A DNA stretch of 64,000 nt from Octopus bimaculoides. Taxonomy: Eukaryota. A program made the position numbers and the translations under genes. Location of the stretch: NCBI RefSeq assembly GCF_001194135.2, contig NC_068983.1, positions 42,628,150 through 42,692,149 of the forward strand, written 5' to 3'. The notes below the pieces were generated by a model. It was not told the origin of the DNA, searched no databases, and saw only the letters and a program-made list of their open reading frames with translations. The number at the start of each line of letters is the position of its first letter. The first letter of the stretch is position 1. This document shows, piece by piece, positions 1 through 13,496 of this stretch.

Positions 1-676
1 ACTATTTCCATTCCTGGGGTTCAGGTTTTCTTGTGGGTAGTTGAATGGTTCATATTGTGTGTTTGTATTGTTTTGATGGTGGTGGTTGTTTTTTATCCAT
101 CTTGCAAAGTTGTAGGGTCGCATGAGGTTGGTGTTTGTATGGTTTGGATATCCTCGATTTTTATTGTAGGTTATGTGTTGATTTTTATCTACTTGTCTAT
201 TGTTCCATGTGCGTATCCATTTAGGGTATCCAGCGTTATGTGTTAGTGGTTGTTCATGTTCTGTTTGTTCTCTCCAAGTGTTATAGGTTGTTGGTTGTAT
301 GTGTCTTGTTTGTCTTGCATATTTTGTGTCTGTTTATTGGGGGGTTTGGCAGTGCAAGGAGTGGGATTTCTTCTTTTCTCTTTCCCATCAACACACACAC
401 GCACACACACAGACACACACACCAACACAAAAAAACACACACTCTCTCTCTCACTTTTCCTCACCCTCTCTTACTATCCTATATATCTCTCTCTCCACCC
501 CTACACACTCAATAAAACTATATAAAGAGACCCGCCAGAAAGTTTTTTTCCCAAAACAATTTGAAAAACCTATACGACTAGGTGAAAAGCGCTTCATTTA
601 ATGTGACATTAATAAAAATCTGTAAATGTACAAACATCCAGTTTTCTGAGTACCTTAATTAAACTTTTTTTTTTTA

Positions 677-685
677 TATAGATAT

Positions 686-745
<60 letters not shown>
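677..745. repeat. (TA)n microsatellite, representative of many (TA)n, (TG)n, (CAT)n and (AAT)n tracts
   Basis: Directly visible. Confidence 0.98.
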
Positions 746-749
<4 letters not shown>

Positions 750-1024
750 ACATACATACATGACAGGCTTCTTTCAGGGTCTGTCTATGAAATCCACTCA
801 AAAGGCTTTGGTAAGTCAGATGCTCTAGTAGAAGACACTTGCTCAAGGTGCCATGCAGTGGGACTGAACCCAGAACCATGTGGTTGGGAAACAAACTTCT
901 TACAACACAATCATGCTTTCAAGTGTGTGTGTGTCACTGTTTGTATATGTGTGAAGTAATAAAAACAAGAAATACTCAGTAACATTTTGTAGAGCACACA
1001 TTTTTTTAATCCTTTCGTAGAGTA

Positions 1025-1180
1025 CATCATCATCATCATCATCGTTTAACATCCACTTTCCATGCTAGCATGGGTTGGATGATTTGATTGAGGACTGGTG
1101 AAACCGGATGGCAACACCAGGCTCCAATCTAATTTGGCAGAGTTTCTACAGCTGGATGCCCTTCCTAACGCCAACCACTC
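1025..1180 (-). mobile_element. RTE-tail repeat, representative short copy (others at about 9070, 16870, 20500, 20800, 28420, 35030, 45990, 47580, 50000, 50900, 52250, 53370, 58080, 63200)
   Basis: (CAT)n-ttaacatccactttccatgctagcatgggttgg...ctacagctggatgcccttcctaacgccaaccact consensus. Confidence 0.85.
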
Positions 1181-1214
1181 ATATTTATATAATTCTTAAG
1201 CAAGACTCATATTG

Positions 1215-1258
1215 ATAGTGACTTAGTTTCAGCCAGTTACGGCCCTCATCAGAGAGTC
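1215..1258 (-). ncRNA. Minimal type I hammerhead-ribozyme-like motif, probably a Penelope-like element remnant
   Basis: Minus strand gactct-CTGATGA-gggccgtaactggct-GAAA-ctaa-GTC-a. All core nucleotides are present; stems II and III are short and stem I is imperfect. Confidence 0.5.
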
Positions 1259-1607
1259 AGATAATAGCTTAAGCAGGTTGTAACTTCACAATAACTATCA
1301 ATACTATTCTCATTAAGTAATATATACAATCATCATTGTTTAATATACATACACACGCACACGTTTGTGTGTCTGTCCCCACCCCAACATCGTTTGACAA
1401 CCAATGCTGGTGTGTTTACGTCCCCTTAACTAGAATAAGTACTAGGCTTACAAAGAAGAAGTCCTGGGGTCGATTTGTTTGACTAAAGGTGGTGCTCCAG
1501 CATGGCTGCAGTCAACTGACAAACAACTAATTGAATATATGTGTGTGTGTGTGTTTTCAGGATTAAATAAAAAGACAAGGGAAAATATGACATACTTATA
1601 TAATTCA

Positions 1608-1670
<63 letters not shown>

Positions 1671-3524
1671 TAAAATACATACAGAATTTTGACATAGAAT
1701 CTATTGCTTTTTAAACATTTTCCTTCATAACTTCACAATTGAGTCATGTGATCAGTGTCACTAACAAACATGGAGGCATTTGAACACTACACTATTTACA
1801 CTTCATTTTTGTATTGAATACTAATTCTTTGGAAAACTACACACAAATACACACACATAGGATGGTGAGAGGAACCTAAATTGAAAAAGAGACAAATGAT
1901 AAGTGTGGGGGAGAGAGAAAGAGGCAATGCATCCAAGTACATAATCCAAACACTGATTGAATATTTCTTAGGATGCATAGTAATGTACATATGTAGAAGT
2001 GTATGTATGCATGGCAATAAATAAAGATACACAGTTAACTGTGAGTACATATGTATGTGTGAGATTGACTTATAAATGAAGATACAAGACATGTAAAGAT
2101 TGGAATTGAATGGGAGAGTTGTATGAAATGCCTCCAGTGGGAATTAAGACACGCATCATCTGTTGTGTTAATTATTTGCTGAGAGCAACGGCAGGTATGT
2201 GCGTCAAAGTGTGTGAATGTGTATTTATTTAAGAATTGCAATAATTCTTGGAAAATAATTAACAGAAAACATGGTGCGTGTTTTAATTGCTGGAAACCTC
2301 TGTGATGAAGAAAAAGTTAAGTAACCAATTTTATATTCTCGACAGTAGAAAGAACAGTTAAAGACAAATAAAGACTGATACACTGAGCCAGAGGAGGACT
2401 GATGCAATACTTAACCCTTCAGCATTCCTATTACTCTGTCAAATCTAATGCTTATTTATTCATAATGTTTTGAATTAATCATGCATTATCTCATAGCTTT
2501 GAGATTTCAATGATGTGATTGTCTATTTTTAGAATGAGATTACTGAATAGGTGTAAGAGGCCAGATCTGGCAGGTTTGGACATAAAGCAAATAGGATATC
2601 TGGGCCAGGTGTGTCCAGGATTAATGTCAAAGGTCAACAACAACAGTGGCATCATTGTGTCTTTGGCATTGTCATCATCAGCGTTTGTGTTGGCATGGAT
2701 TGGACAGTTTTACAGAGGCAGTGTTCTTATACCAGATGCCCTTACTTATTGCCAACCCTTTGAGTTGCCTCTCATGGCAACACAGAGATGCAGAAGGCTT
2801 TCTCTAAAACTAGGATACTCATGGTAAACAGCCCTTTTAAATTTGTATTTCTCAACTTATTTCAGTTATTAGACTACGGCCATGCTGGGGCACCAACTGG
2901 AAGAGTTTAAACCAAATGAATCCCCTGAGTACATAGTTTTAAAACCTGATATATATATTCTCTCAGACTCTTTTACCAAACCACTAAGTTATGGGGACAT
3001 AAACAAACCAAAAATGGTTGTCAAGTGGTGATGGGTGACAAACACAGAAAGACACACATATATATATACAAATACTTTTATTAAATAGCTGTCTAAATAT
3101 ACTCCTACCTGTTGACTAGTTATTCAATTTTTATATATATATATATATATAGATTAAATATAAAGATAAAATCTATATAAGAATTTATCAAGTAGTTAGC
3201 ATGAAAAACCAGCTAAGGGAAAAATTCATACAAAATATAATTATTCCCTTTACATATAAATACATTCATTATATATACAGGGTTGGCTAAAAGTCACCCA
3301 GCAGTAAATAAAAATTCCATAAATATTATCTGTAATTCTGTATTGACTCAAATGGAAAAATGTGTCACTCAAGAAAGACTTCAGTTTGAACAATTTCCAT
3401 GATGTTTCATATTTAGATGCTTTTATTAAATTCATTCAGTTGTTAAACACAAATAAATCTTGGAATTAAATGGTTTTTATTTATTGTCAGGTGACTTTTG
3501 GCCAAACATATATATATGAGTGTA

Positions 3525-3592
<68 letters not shown>

Positions 3593-5490
3593 NNNNNNNN
3601 NNNNNNNNNNNNNNNNNNNNNNNNNNNNNNNNNNNNNNNNNNNNNNNNNNNNNNNNNNNNNNNNNNNNNNNNNNNNNNNNNNNNNNNNNNNNNNNNNNNN
3701 NNNNNNNNNNNNNNNNNNNNNNNNNNNNNNNNNNNNNNNNNNNNNNNNNNNNNNNNNNNNNNNNNNNNNNNNNNNNNNNNNNNNNNNNNNNNNNNNNNNN
3801 NATATATATACACCAAATGGCGGTGCCCCAGCATGGTCACAGCTCATGAGCTGAAACTAGATAAAATGAAAATAAAATGAAAATATATATATGCCATCAC
3901 CTTCATCATCACTTAACATCCATTTTCCATGCTGGTATGGGTTGCATGGTTTGATAGGAGCTACCAAGAAGGAGAGCAGCACCAGGCTTCATTTGTTTGC
4001 TTTGGCAGGGTTTCTCTGCCTGGATGCTCTTCCTAACACCAACCACTTTACAGTGTACTGGGTGTTTTTTTTACATGGCACCAACACCAGTGCATTTTAC
4101 GTGGCACTGAACATATATTTCAGAGCTGTTGGCTTTATATTTTTACACCAACACCAGAAGTTAATCCAAGATTAGCATGAAATGTCATGATCCTCAATCC
4201 ACAAATTCACACCCACACACAAGCACACTAGTAATAACAGCCAGACTGTGTTCAAATTACAATCCCTACCATCTTAGAACATAAAGGGCATACTGGACAA
4301 TGTGAAGCTGGATTACCTGCACATACCAACTATATGATTGTCATAGGCGGAATGTTTCTGACCACAGGTCTGACTCAGATGAACTGAGGTTACATAAGGA
4401 CCACACACAAGTATATTCACTACATAATCAAATGCTATTTGTGTGTCTTTGTAACTATTTGTAAGCATTCAAAATTTGATATTGTTGACCAAAAAAGAAA
4501 ACGGCAACCTTAAATAATGATATATTTTTAGCAACGAATTAGATAAAAATAGTAAGGATGTGTGTATGTGTGTGTGTGTGGTAGGATGAAAGGTGAGATG
4601 AGGTGAACACACATTTCACCAATGAAAAATTTCTCTGACATTTGTAACAGAGAAAGAGACAGGGAGAAGAGACAAGACAAGTGGATTAATTATGGTGACA
4701 TTATGATAATATTATTATCATCATCATATATGTTTATCACTATGTATTAACTGATAAGCAATAAAGGAACCCACCTAACTGAGAAACTAGTCAGTCGGAC
4801 TAGAAAAGGTCAGACTTAGAATGATGAGATAACACAAGCTGATAGAAAAACCACTTCATTTATTGACTAAACTTATCATTTCTTCCACCACAGTTGTTTA
4901 AATATATATTTACCGCATGCCAGAAGTTCTCTTCTTTAAAATGACAAGACTTACATCATAAAAAGAGATAAAGAAATCTGGCGGTATTCTTACCCTGATA
5001 TTAAACCATTTTGCTGCAATTATTTATCAGTAAGGTCTTTTATATCTGGTCACTTTTACCTCACACTGAATCAACTGAGGGCAATCTTGGCATGTTGGGA
5101 CGTCCCAATTTTCTGAAAGGTCTAACCTTAGCTGAAACTAACTCTTCTTGAAATACACCAACACAATTCTTGACATGCCTAGACATCCTTTCCTCTTGAT
5201 CACTTTTTTGGGGGGTTTTTTTGTCTTCTATCCTTTGCATTAAGCATGGACTTCTAGCATTCATTGCAGTCTTTTTTCTATCTAACTTATTGCTGCTTTC
5301 TGTCAATTCTTTTACCCTTTACCAATATGCTGTAGTGGACCAGGGCACAATATGAGAAGCTTACTTTCAAAACCGGTACGAGTGCATATTTGGTCGATTT
5401 CATGACAACCATTGAAACACAATCTGCAAGTTGCTGGTGTCACATTCATGGAATTTTTTTCAGTTAAACTGGGAGAGATGCCATATTTTT

Positions 5491-5858
5491 GACATTCTGT
5501 CGGTTACGATGATGAGGGCTCCAGTTGATCTGATCAACGGAACAGCCTGCTCGTGAAATTAAGGTGCAAGTGGCTGAGCACTCCACAGACATGGGTACCC
5601 TTAATGTAGTTCTCGGAGAGATTCAGCGAGACACAGAGTGTGACAAGGCTGGCCCTTTGAAATACAGGTACAACAGAAACAGGAAGAAAGAGTGAGAGAA
5701 AGTTGTGGTGGAAGAGTACAGCAGGGTTCGCCACCATCCCCTGCCGGAGCCTCGTGGAGCTTTAGGTGTTTGCACTCAATAAACACTCACAACACCTGGT
5801 CTGGGAATCGAAAGCGCGTTCCTACGACTGCGAGTTTTCTGCCCTAACCACTGGGCCT
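5491..5858 (-). mobile_element. Family D SINE copy
   Basis: Aligns along its length with 62366-62723. Confidence 0.85.
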
Positions 5859-8800
5859 CCCCAGTATTCTATTGATCTCTTTTGCAAAACCATTATGTTA
5901 CAGGGATGTAACAAACACCGGTCACCAGGTGATGGTGGGAGACAAACAGACAGACACACAAACACAATGGGCTTCCATCTACTAAATTCACTCATAAGGC
6001 TTTGGTCATTGGCCCAAGGCTATAGAAGAAGATACTTGATCAAGGTAATATGCAGTGGAACTGAACCCAGAACCATGTTGTTGGGAAGCAAGGTTCTTAG
6101 TACACAGCCACTCCAGTGCTTATACACACACACACACACACATATATAATTACCTGTTGTGTTAAGAAGATTAATTTGTCTACTGGAATACAGCTTTCGA
6201 GAACTTGGTGGTTTAATGGTAGCAAACCAACCAGAATATGCCTATCTATGATGTAAAAATCCAAACAGATGAAAGGTTATTATAACTAATTCCTGATGTC
6301 TATCTCCATCTTGCTCCCCCACCCCCACCTCTCTATCCATCAAGTTCTGTCTCCACTTTGGTAATTGCATCACAAGTCCTGTCCAGTGTAATTACTAATC
6401 AATTTCAGACAGAATATACATACATCATATTTACTAACGAGACAATACAGCATTCTAGAAGAGACTGAATCTAAATGCTGCCTTGCTAACGTTTCATACA
6501 GGGAACAATTAGTATTTCATTATGAAAATAACATCTTCCTATAAGGTGTACACTGTCCAATTCAAACAATGGAGATTAACAAAGTATTTAAAGATGGACA
6601 GAGAAAAAAATAATCCAATAAAAATAATCCAACAATAATAATAATAATAATAATAAACAAAAACATGTCGAAAGTATGTGTGATGATACCCCATGTTAAT
6701 GGTAAATAAACAGTCATAGATTGCTGATAAGATAATCAAAGAGTATGAAACTAGAATGTTGTGGAAAAACAGCTAGTTTAGAAATAACTGGCTACTTAAG
6801 AGAGAAACAGGCAGACAAACAGAGAGACAGACAGACAGCAGAGGAGGGGGGAAATTATAGTTTTGTTTGTATGTCATGAATTTCAGCAATTACACTATGT
6901 ACTCTTAATAATAATAATAATGCATTGAAGTGACCTGATTGGCATCAATTTTACTCACAGACATTCAACTTCTGCCCCCGTAAGCACACTATCTCATCCC
7001 TCAGTTTCTACCACTTCCAAAATGGTCTCTGCTAAATGAAGCTGACTATTACACCCAGTCCATTCTTCTTGGAACGTTGGCCATCTGGAATTCCCATCCT
7101 GTACATGTTGACTTCCAGAGGAGCAACAGGAAGATTAACACTTTTGATATCAACCTGCCTGAAACTGTCCCTAGTTCTAAGGTACAAAATTCTTGCTTTT
7201 GTTCATCATCATCATCATCATTTAAATGTATGCTTTCCATGCTGGCATGAGTTGGACAGTTTGACTGAGGACTGGCAAGTTGGGAGGCTGCACCAGACTC
7301 CAAGTTATAGAAACCATGCCAAAACAGACTAAGGAGTTTTGTACAGCCCCCAACCATACCAGTCCTGTCAAACTGGGCAACCTACACAAGCATGGAAAAC
7401 GGATGTTAAATGATGTACAACTGGTGTAGCAGGGTAAACTATGGAAATTACAGAAGTTATGCTCTTATTTTCCTTTTACCAAATGAATACAATAGCAGGC
7501 AAGAGTTAAGGAAAAGAAGGGTTAGTCAGAGGGAGAGAAGGTGGAGAGGAGGGAGGGAGGNNNNNNNNNNNNNNNNNNNNNNNNNNNNNNNNNNNNNNNN
7601 NNNNNNNNNNNNNNNNNNNNNNNNNNNNNNNNNNNNNNNNNNNNNNNNNNNNNNNNNNNNNNNTGATATGTACCACGTTGGTGCTATCAATATATTTGCC
7701 ATTTATTGAAAATCTGTTTTACAATGGAATGATACTATGGAGTGACACAAAATAGTTTTGCATCAAATCTCTACATTTGATGAATTAGTTTCTGTTTGGT
7801 TGATTCCCTCCATTTTTATTTTATTTTAGAAAAGATAGTGGTAGTAATGATTTTACAGCTTCATTAGAGGATGGAGCCACGTAAAAAGCACCGAGTACAT
7901 TCTGTAAAGCAACTGGCATTAGGATGGGCATCCAGCCATAGAAACCATGCCAATACAGATAACTGCAGCCCAGTGCAGCTGTCAGGCTTGCCAACTCCTG
8001 TCAAACCATTCGACTCATGCCAGCATAGAAAGCAAATGTTAAAAGATGATGATAATAGTCACAAGACTAAAAACCATCTGATTGAATTATGAAATACAAG
8101 ACTGATAGAATTATTAAGTATTACAAGAAGAAATAGAAATGAAAAGAAGCCAAAAGAGTAAATCTATCACTGGTTGGGTTGAACGAAAGACAATGTTGGC
8201 AGATATTATATCAGATTGGCAAGAATATGGTAAATATCCAGGAATTAGACAAGGCTCTAATGTGAGTGTGAGAGTGCACATGGGTATGCATGTCTGCTTG
8301 CATGAGTGTCTCCACAAAGATATGAATTTACTGCTTTTGTTTATTTCAACAAAAAACTTACAAACATTTCAATTAAAAATAACTATAATTCAGCCAAATG
8401 AATCGAAGTGATGGAAATCAAATTTAACTCTTTTGCTGCCAACCCAGCTGTTTTGAAGAACTCAATGCTTAAACTGAAATCCCCCCCATCATAAAACCAT
8501 TTCAGAACTTTTTTTTTTTTATTAAGTTATGGTCTGACTTTTTACTTGTTTCAATCATTAGACCAAGGCCATTGCTGGGGCACTGTCTTGCGAAATTTTA
8601 GTCAAATGAATCAACGCCAATACTTTTTTTTAAAGCCTGAAACTTATTCTATCAGTCATTTTTGTCAAATTGCTAGGTTAGAGGATGATAAACATACTAT
8701 CAACAGTTGTGAAGCAGTGGTGGCAGACAAACACAAAGACACACACATGACAAGCTTCTTTCAGCTTCCATCTACTAAATTCACCCACACTAAAAGACAC

Positions 8801-11069
8801 TTGCCCAAGATGCTACGCAGTGGAACTGAACTCAGAAACCATGTGTTTTTCTTTAGGAAGCAAGCTTCTTACCACACAGCTACACCTTTACACACTAATG
8901 TTCCAAGAATTACCTTTAATATAGAAAGGCAGAGTTTCAAAGACTGCTACAGTATGTCAACCAATCAGTCACTGACCTCCATGAGTATGCCTCTACCACA
9001 GTACTTAAGCTGCTAGAAATAGCATCTTAACGCCTTTCAGATTTGTCCCAAATATCAAGAAAAAAAAAGAGATCATCATCATTTAACGTCCGTTGTTCAT
9101 GCTGGCATGGGTTGGACAGTTTGACCAGGGCTGTTAAGTAAGAAGGCTGCACCAGACTCCAGTCTGATTTAGCATGGTTTTCTACAGCTGGATGCCACTC
9201 CTAACGCCAAACCACTCCGGGAGTGTAATGGGTACTTTTACATGCCACCGGCATGGGTGCCATTTGCATCACATAAGTATCTGTCACAACTGTGTTTTTT
9301 GTTAGGCTTGATGGGTCCTCTTCTCAAGCATGACATAATGCGAAAGGTCTCAGTCATTGCCTCTGTGAGTCCCAATGTAACCCTTTATACACTATACCTG
9401 AGAAAAGTACAGGGTAGTCATAAATGGAACATCCTTATTATAGGTCTGTTGAACCCTTTTGATACCAACCAGCCTGAGTACATCCCTGGTCCTGTGAGTC
9501 AAACTTCCTTTCAGGTAAATAACGATAAAGTTATTTTATTAAATTCTTCAACATATTTCAACAGAAATATGATAACAGAGGGGTTTACTAGAACTGGCCT
9601 AGGGCTAAACAAAAATTACCCATTCATTACATTTATATAAAAATCATTTAACTAAATCCCTCCAAATTCTTAATTACTTTCAGGGTCCACAAAGGGCTGT
9701 CATCTTTATCTTTTACTTGTTCCAGTCTTTGGACAGTGCCCAAAAATGTTTAGTCAAATAAATTAATACAAGTACTTACTATATATTTTTTTTGTCAAGC
9801 TACTAAATTACAGAACACAAACCAACACCAGTCGTCAGGAATTGGTGGGCGACAAACCTACACATATATATAATGAACTTTCAGTTTCTGTCTACTGACA
9901 AGGCTTTGGTCGGCCTGGGGATATAGTAAAAGATACTTGCCCAAGGTGCCACTGTATAGGCCTGAACCCAAGACCATGTGGTTAAGAAGTAAACTTCTTA
10001 ACCACACATCCATGCCTGGCCAATTCCAATGACAAGCACTTCCGTAAAAACAGGCATGGCTGTGTGGTAAGAAGCTTGCTTCCCAACCACATGACTATGG
10101 GTTCAGTTCCACTGTGTGGTACCTTAAGCAGGTGTCATCTACTATAATGTTGGGCTGACCAAAGTCTTGAGAGTGGAACTGGTAGACAGAAACTGAAAGA
10201 AGCCTGCCATATACATATGCATGTGTGTGTGCCCCAGCATAACCACAGTCTAATAACTGAAATAAGTAAAAGATAGCCAATGTATTATACACTTGAGGGT
10301 AGACATTTGTGTGTGTGTGCATGTTTGCTGAGGTGGAGCAGGTTAAGGACAGAGAAGGACAAATAGAAACAATTCATCCTTTGTCCATTGTACAGGTAAA
10401 AAATTGTAACTCGAGAGATCTAGACTTAACCCTAACCTATTAGTAAGATGAAACAGCAGAAACAAAATTACACAGGAACTGGTAAATAATCTACCACCAC
10501 CAACCACTGCAGCTAGACAAGAGAATAAAGAAACTACTGATTCTATATAACATTATAATATGTCTGATTTTTTTTTCTTTCTCCTTTCATAAAAAGAAGT
10601 CAGAAAACATGAAATTATTTTTCTAAGTAGTGTGCCAATCCCACCACCACCCTCCTCTTCCTAGTATGGACAGGACAGGTCATTATTATTCAAGTGGGAG
10701 TTTGAAGTTACAACCGTCCAAGTTGCAACAAAGGACCGCATTTCATTTGTACATTTCATTTTTAACATTCTTTCTACAGCCAGATGCCCTTGCTGTACTC
10801 AAACACTTTACTAAGTGTGTTTGGGGCACTTTATTGTGACACCAGCAGTAGAGAAACTGTCAGGTCAACAACAAGATTAAAGTATACTCTACACCCCTAA
10901 AGTGTGTCTGCTCATTCATCTGAAACCATGTGCTGTTGAGTTCAAAGCACATGGCAGGCCACCTTGGGCAAACATTGGTCAACTAATGCTTTGTGCATGG
11001 ATTCAATAGACAGCAACTGCCTGGAATCCCGCCATGATTGACCACTAAATCAACAATTTTTTTTTCTCT

Positions 11070-11214
11070 GTTCATTTCTTCGTGTTCCCTTCTATTGAAG
11101 AGCATAGGCTCGAAATGTAAAAGACTTTCTTACTTTCCCAAGCATCAAACTAATACACCTGCTTGTTGTTTATACACCTGTCTTCGTCCTTTGCTTTTCT
11201 GTAAATTTCAACTT

Positions 11215-11265
<51 letters not shown>

Positions 11266-11351
11266 NNNNNNNNNNNNNNNNNNNNNNNNNNNNNNNNNNN
11301 NNNNNNNNNNNNNNNNNNNNNNNNNNNNNNNNNNNNNNNNNNNNNNNNNNN

Positions 11352-11393
<42 letters not shown>

Positions 11394-11510
11394 CAGATTT
11401 ATAGAAAAACAAAAGACGAAGACAGGTGTAGGAACAACACTTAAGAAAGATGAAAAAGTCTTTTATGTTTCAAGCCTATACTCTTCGACAGAAAGGAACA
11501 AGAAATAAAG
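11070..11510. repeat. Inverted pair of a Penelope-like terminal repeat around (TG)n-gap-(TA)n
   Basis: 11070-11219 is reverse-complementary to 11388-11510 (gaagagcataggctcgaaatgtaaaagac vs gtcttttatgtttcaagcctatactcttc). The family assignment is inference. Confidence 0.65.
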
Positions 11511-12292
11511 TGTGTATATACAAACACACACATATTGGAGCCTGATGCAGCTCTCCACCTCTTGTCAAACCTTTCAATCCATGCCAGCATGGAAAACGGA
11601 CGTTAAATGGTGGTGGTGCTGGTGTGTGTATGTGTCTTGTCATTGCATATCAACAGTAAACAACATTTTCATAAAAAGAGGTGACATTTGCAGTCTTCTG
11701 CTGAGACATGTTCACACCAGGAGTGTGAAAAAGGTGAGGTCTGCTGACAGACAGAGCACCTGGCCATGACAAGTATGCCAAGCATGGAAAAGAAGGTACA
11801 GAAATGCCAATAATAATGATGATGATGATGATGATGATGGTTTCATTTGTGAACACATGACTATACAATAAATGGTTTGTAACCAAATGAAATAAAAACA
11901 GTGGATAGGTGTTAGTAGATGCAGTAGACTTGTGCAACCATTCCAACACATTGCATCCATTTTTACCATTTTCTCATCTAGGCATGAGAAGTAATGAAAT
12001 ATTGATTAAAAATATCGATTAATTCAGGGTTTTTTTTTTATTTGTTTGTTTGTTTCTTTTTAACTTTTTTATTTATTTTTGGTCTTCCATATTTCTTCAT
12101 TTCTTCTCCTTGAATTTCTTTACTTCTTTGCAAGAACTCTTACGTCAGTTAAACATTTTTCAACAATTAACACATACAGACAAATAAAACAAAACCACAT
12201 CAAATCTAAGGCAGACACATTTCACTTTTATACAAGTTACTGAAGTTCCATGTGCTGTGCTTCACTGAAAGCGTGTGTCATATATATATATA

Positions 12293-12329
<37 letters not shown>

Positions 12330-12657
12330 TTACACACATTCATGTATACAAGCACAAATGCATATACATTACACACACATAAACATGGCTAGATCAATAT
12401 ATGTATTTTTTCTACCAATATGCCATATACTAGAGACAGTTTCCATGTGACACTGTACTTCCATTCCCGCAAGAAACAATTACTGTTTGCAGACAATAAA
12501 CTCTGAAAAACTAAATAACTAATGCAATTTTTTGGGGTGTTAGACTATCTTGTAATTCTGAGAGAAACAACAACTACATATTACATTCAATGAAAGATGA
12601 TGATAATGATCATGTATGTATGTATGTATGTATGTATTATGTATGTATGTATGTATA

Positions 12658-13353
12658 AATGGGTATAGGACGTCACCAACAGTAAGCAACATGGAATATG
12701 AAAACAAATGAGTTCAATACACAAACGAGAGAAAAAAATGGAAAACAGGACAAATCTTAACCTTTTTTGATGCGACTCTACTCTATACTGTTTTCTCTCC
12801 CATATTTCTCTAATTCCCTTTTTCTCCCCTTCACTGTTTTCTGTCTCTCTTTCCCTTTTTCTCCTCTTTTTTCTCTTTCCCTCTTTTTCTCTCTCTCATT
12901 ACTCACACGTGACCATCTTCCATCTTTCTTTACCTCACATGACCATATTTCTTTTCTTCCAGGACGTCCTAAGAACTGGAAGTCTTCTATCTTTCTCTTT
13001 TCAAAGAAAATATTTCTCCAGTGTTCACTATTTTACCCTCGTTCTGGTCTAACGACCCTCCATGTTTTCATTCGGTTTCCTTGTATGTCTCCAACTGTCC
13101 TGTTTTCATTCCCAACTCTGACCCTACATAAATCCCAAATTTTATTTTGGTATTTATGGGATCAACAGTCTTCGAAGACTCATATTGTTATTCGAAGCTT
13201 GAAATGAGGAGTAGATAGACAGCCAACAACTTATGACGGGTCGTTTCTTGATACTTGCCATGTTTTCCATTTTTTCCCCTTGTTGTTTGCGTATTTAACT
13301 CATTTGTTTTTGTTTTTCATGTCATTTACTGTTGGTGACATCCTGTACCCATA
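12658..13353. repeat. Element with about 95-bp inverted termini between microsatellites
   Basis: gggtataggacgtcaccaacagtaa...aaaacaaatgagtt...atggaaaaca at 12661-12750 vs its reverse complement at 13258-13352. Confidence 0.7.
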
Positions 13354-13358
13354 TATGC

Positions 13359-13393
<35 letters not shown>

Positions 13394-13456
13394 CACATAT
13401 ATGCAAATATATTATTTAGATTATTATCTAACTGAACACCATGCATCCATTTCCAA

Positions 13457-13496
<40 letters not shown>

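Noticed and set aside
8139-8411. Plus-strand 90-aa ORF with an internal gtgagt
   Set aside because: No acceptor tract or recognisable protein; antisense to the host gene.
9391-9420. Minus-strand ttttctcAG|GTATAG junction
   Set aside because: Short tract and weak donor at a retroelement boundary; expected by chance.
13225-13250. GAAACGACCCGTC half-hammerhead on minus
   Set aside because: No CUGANGA strand upstream.
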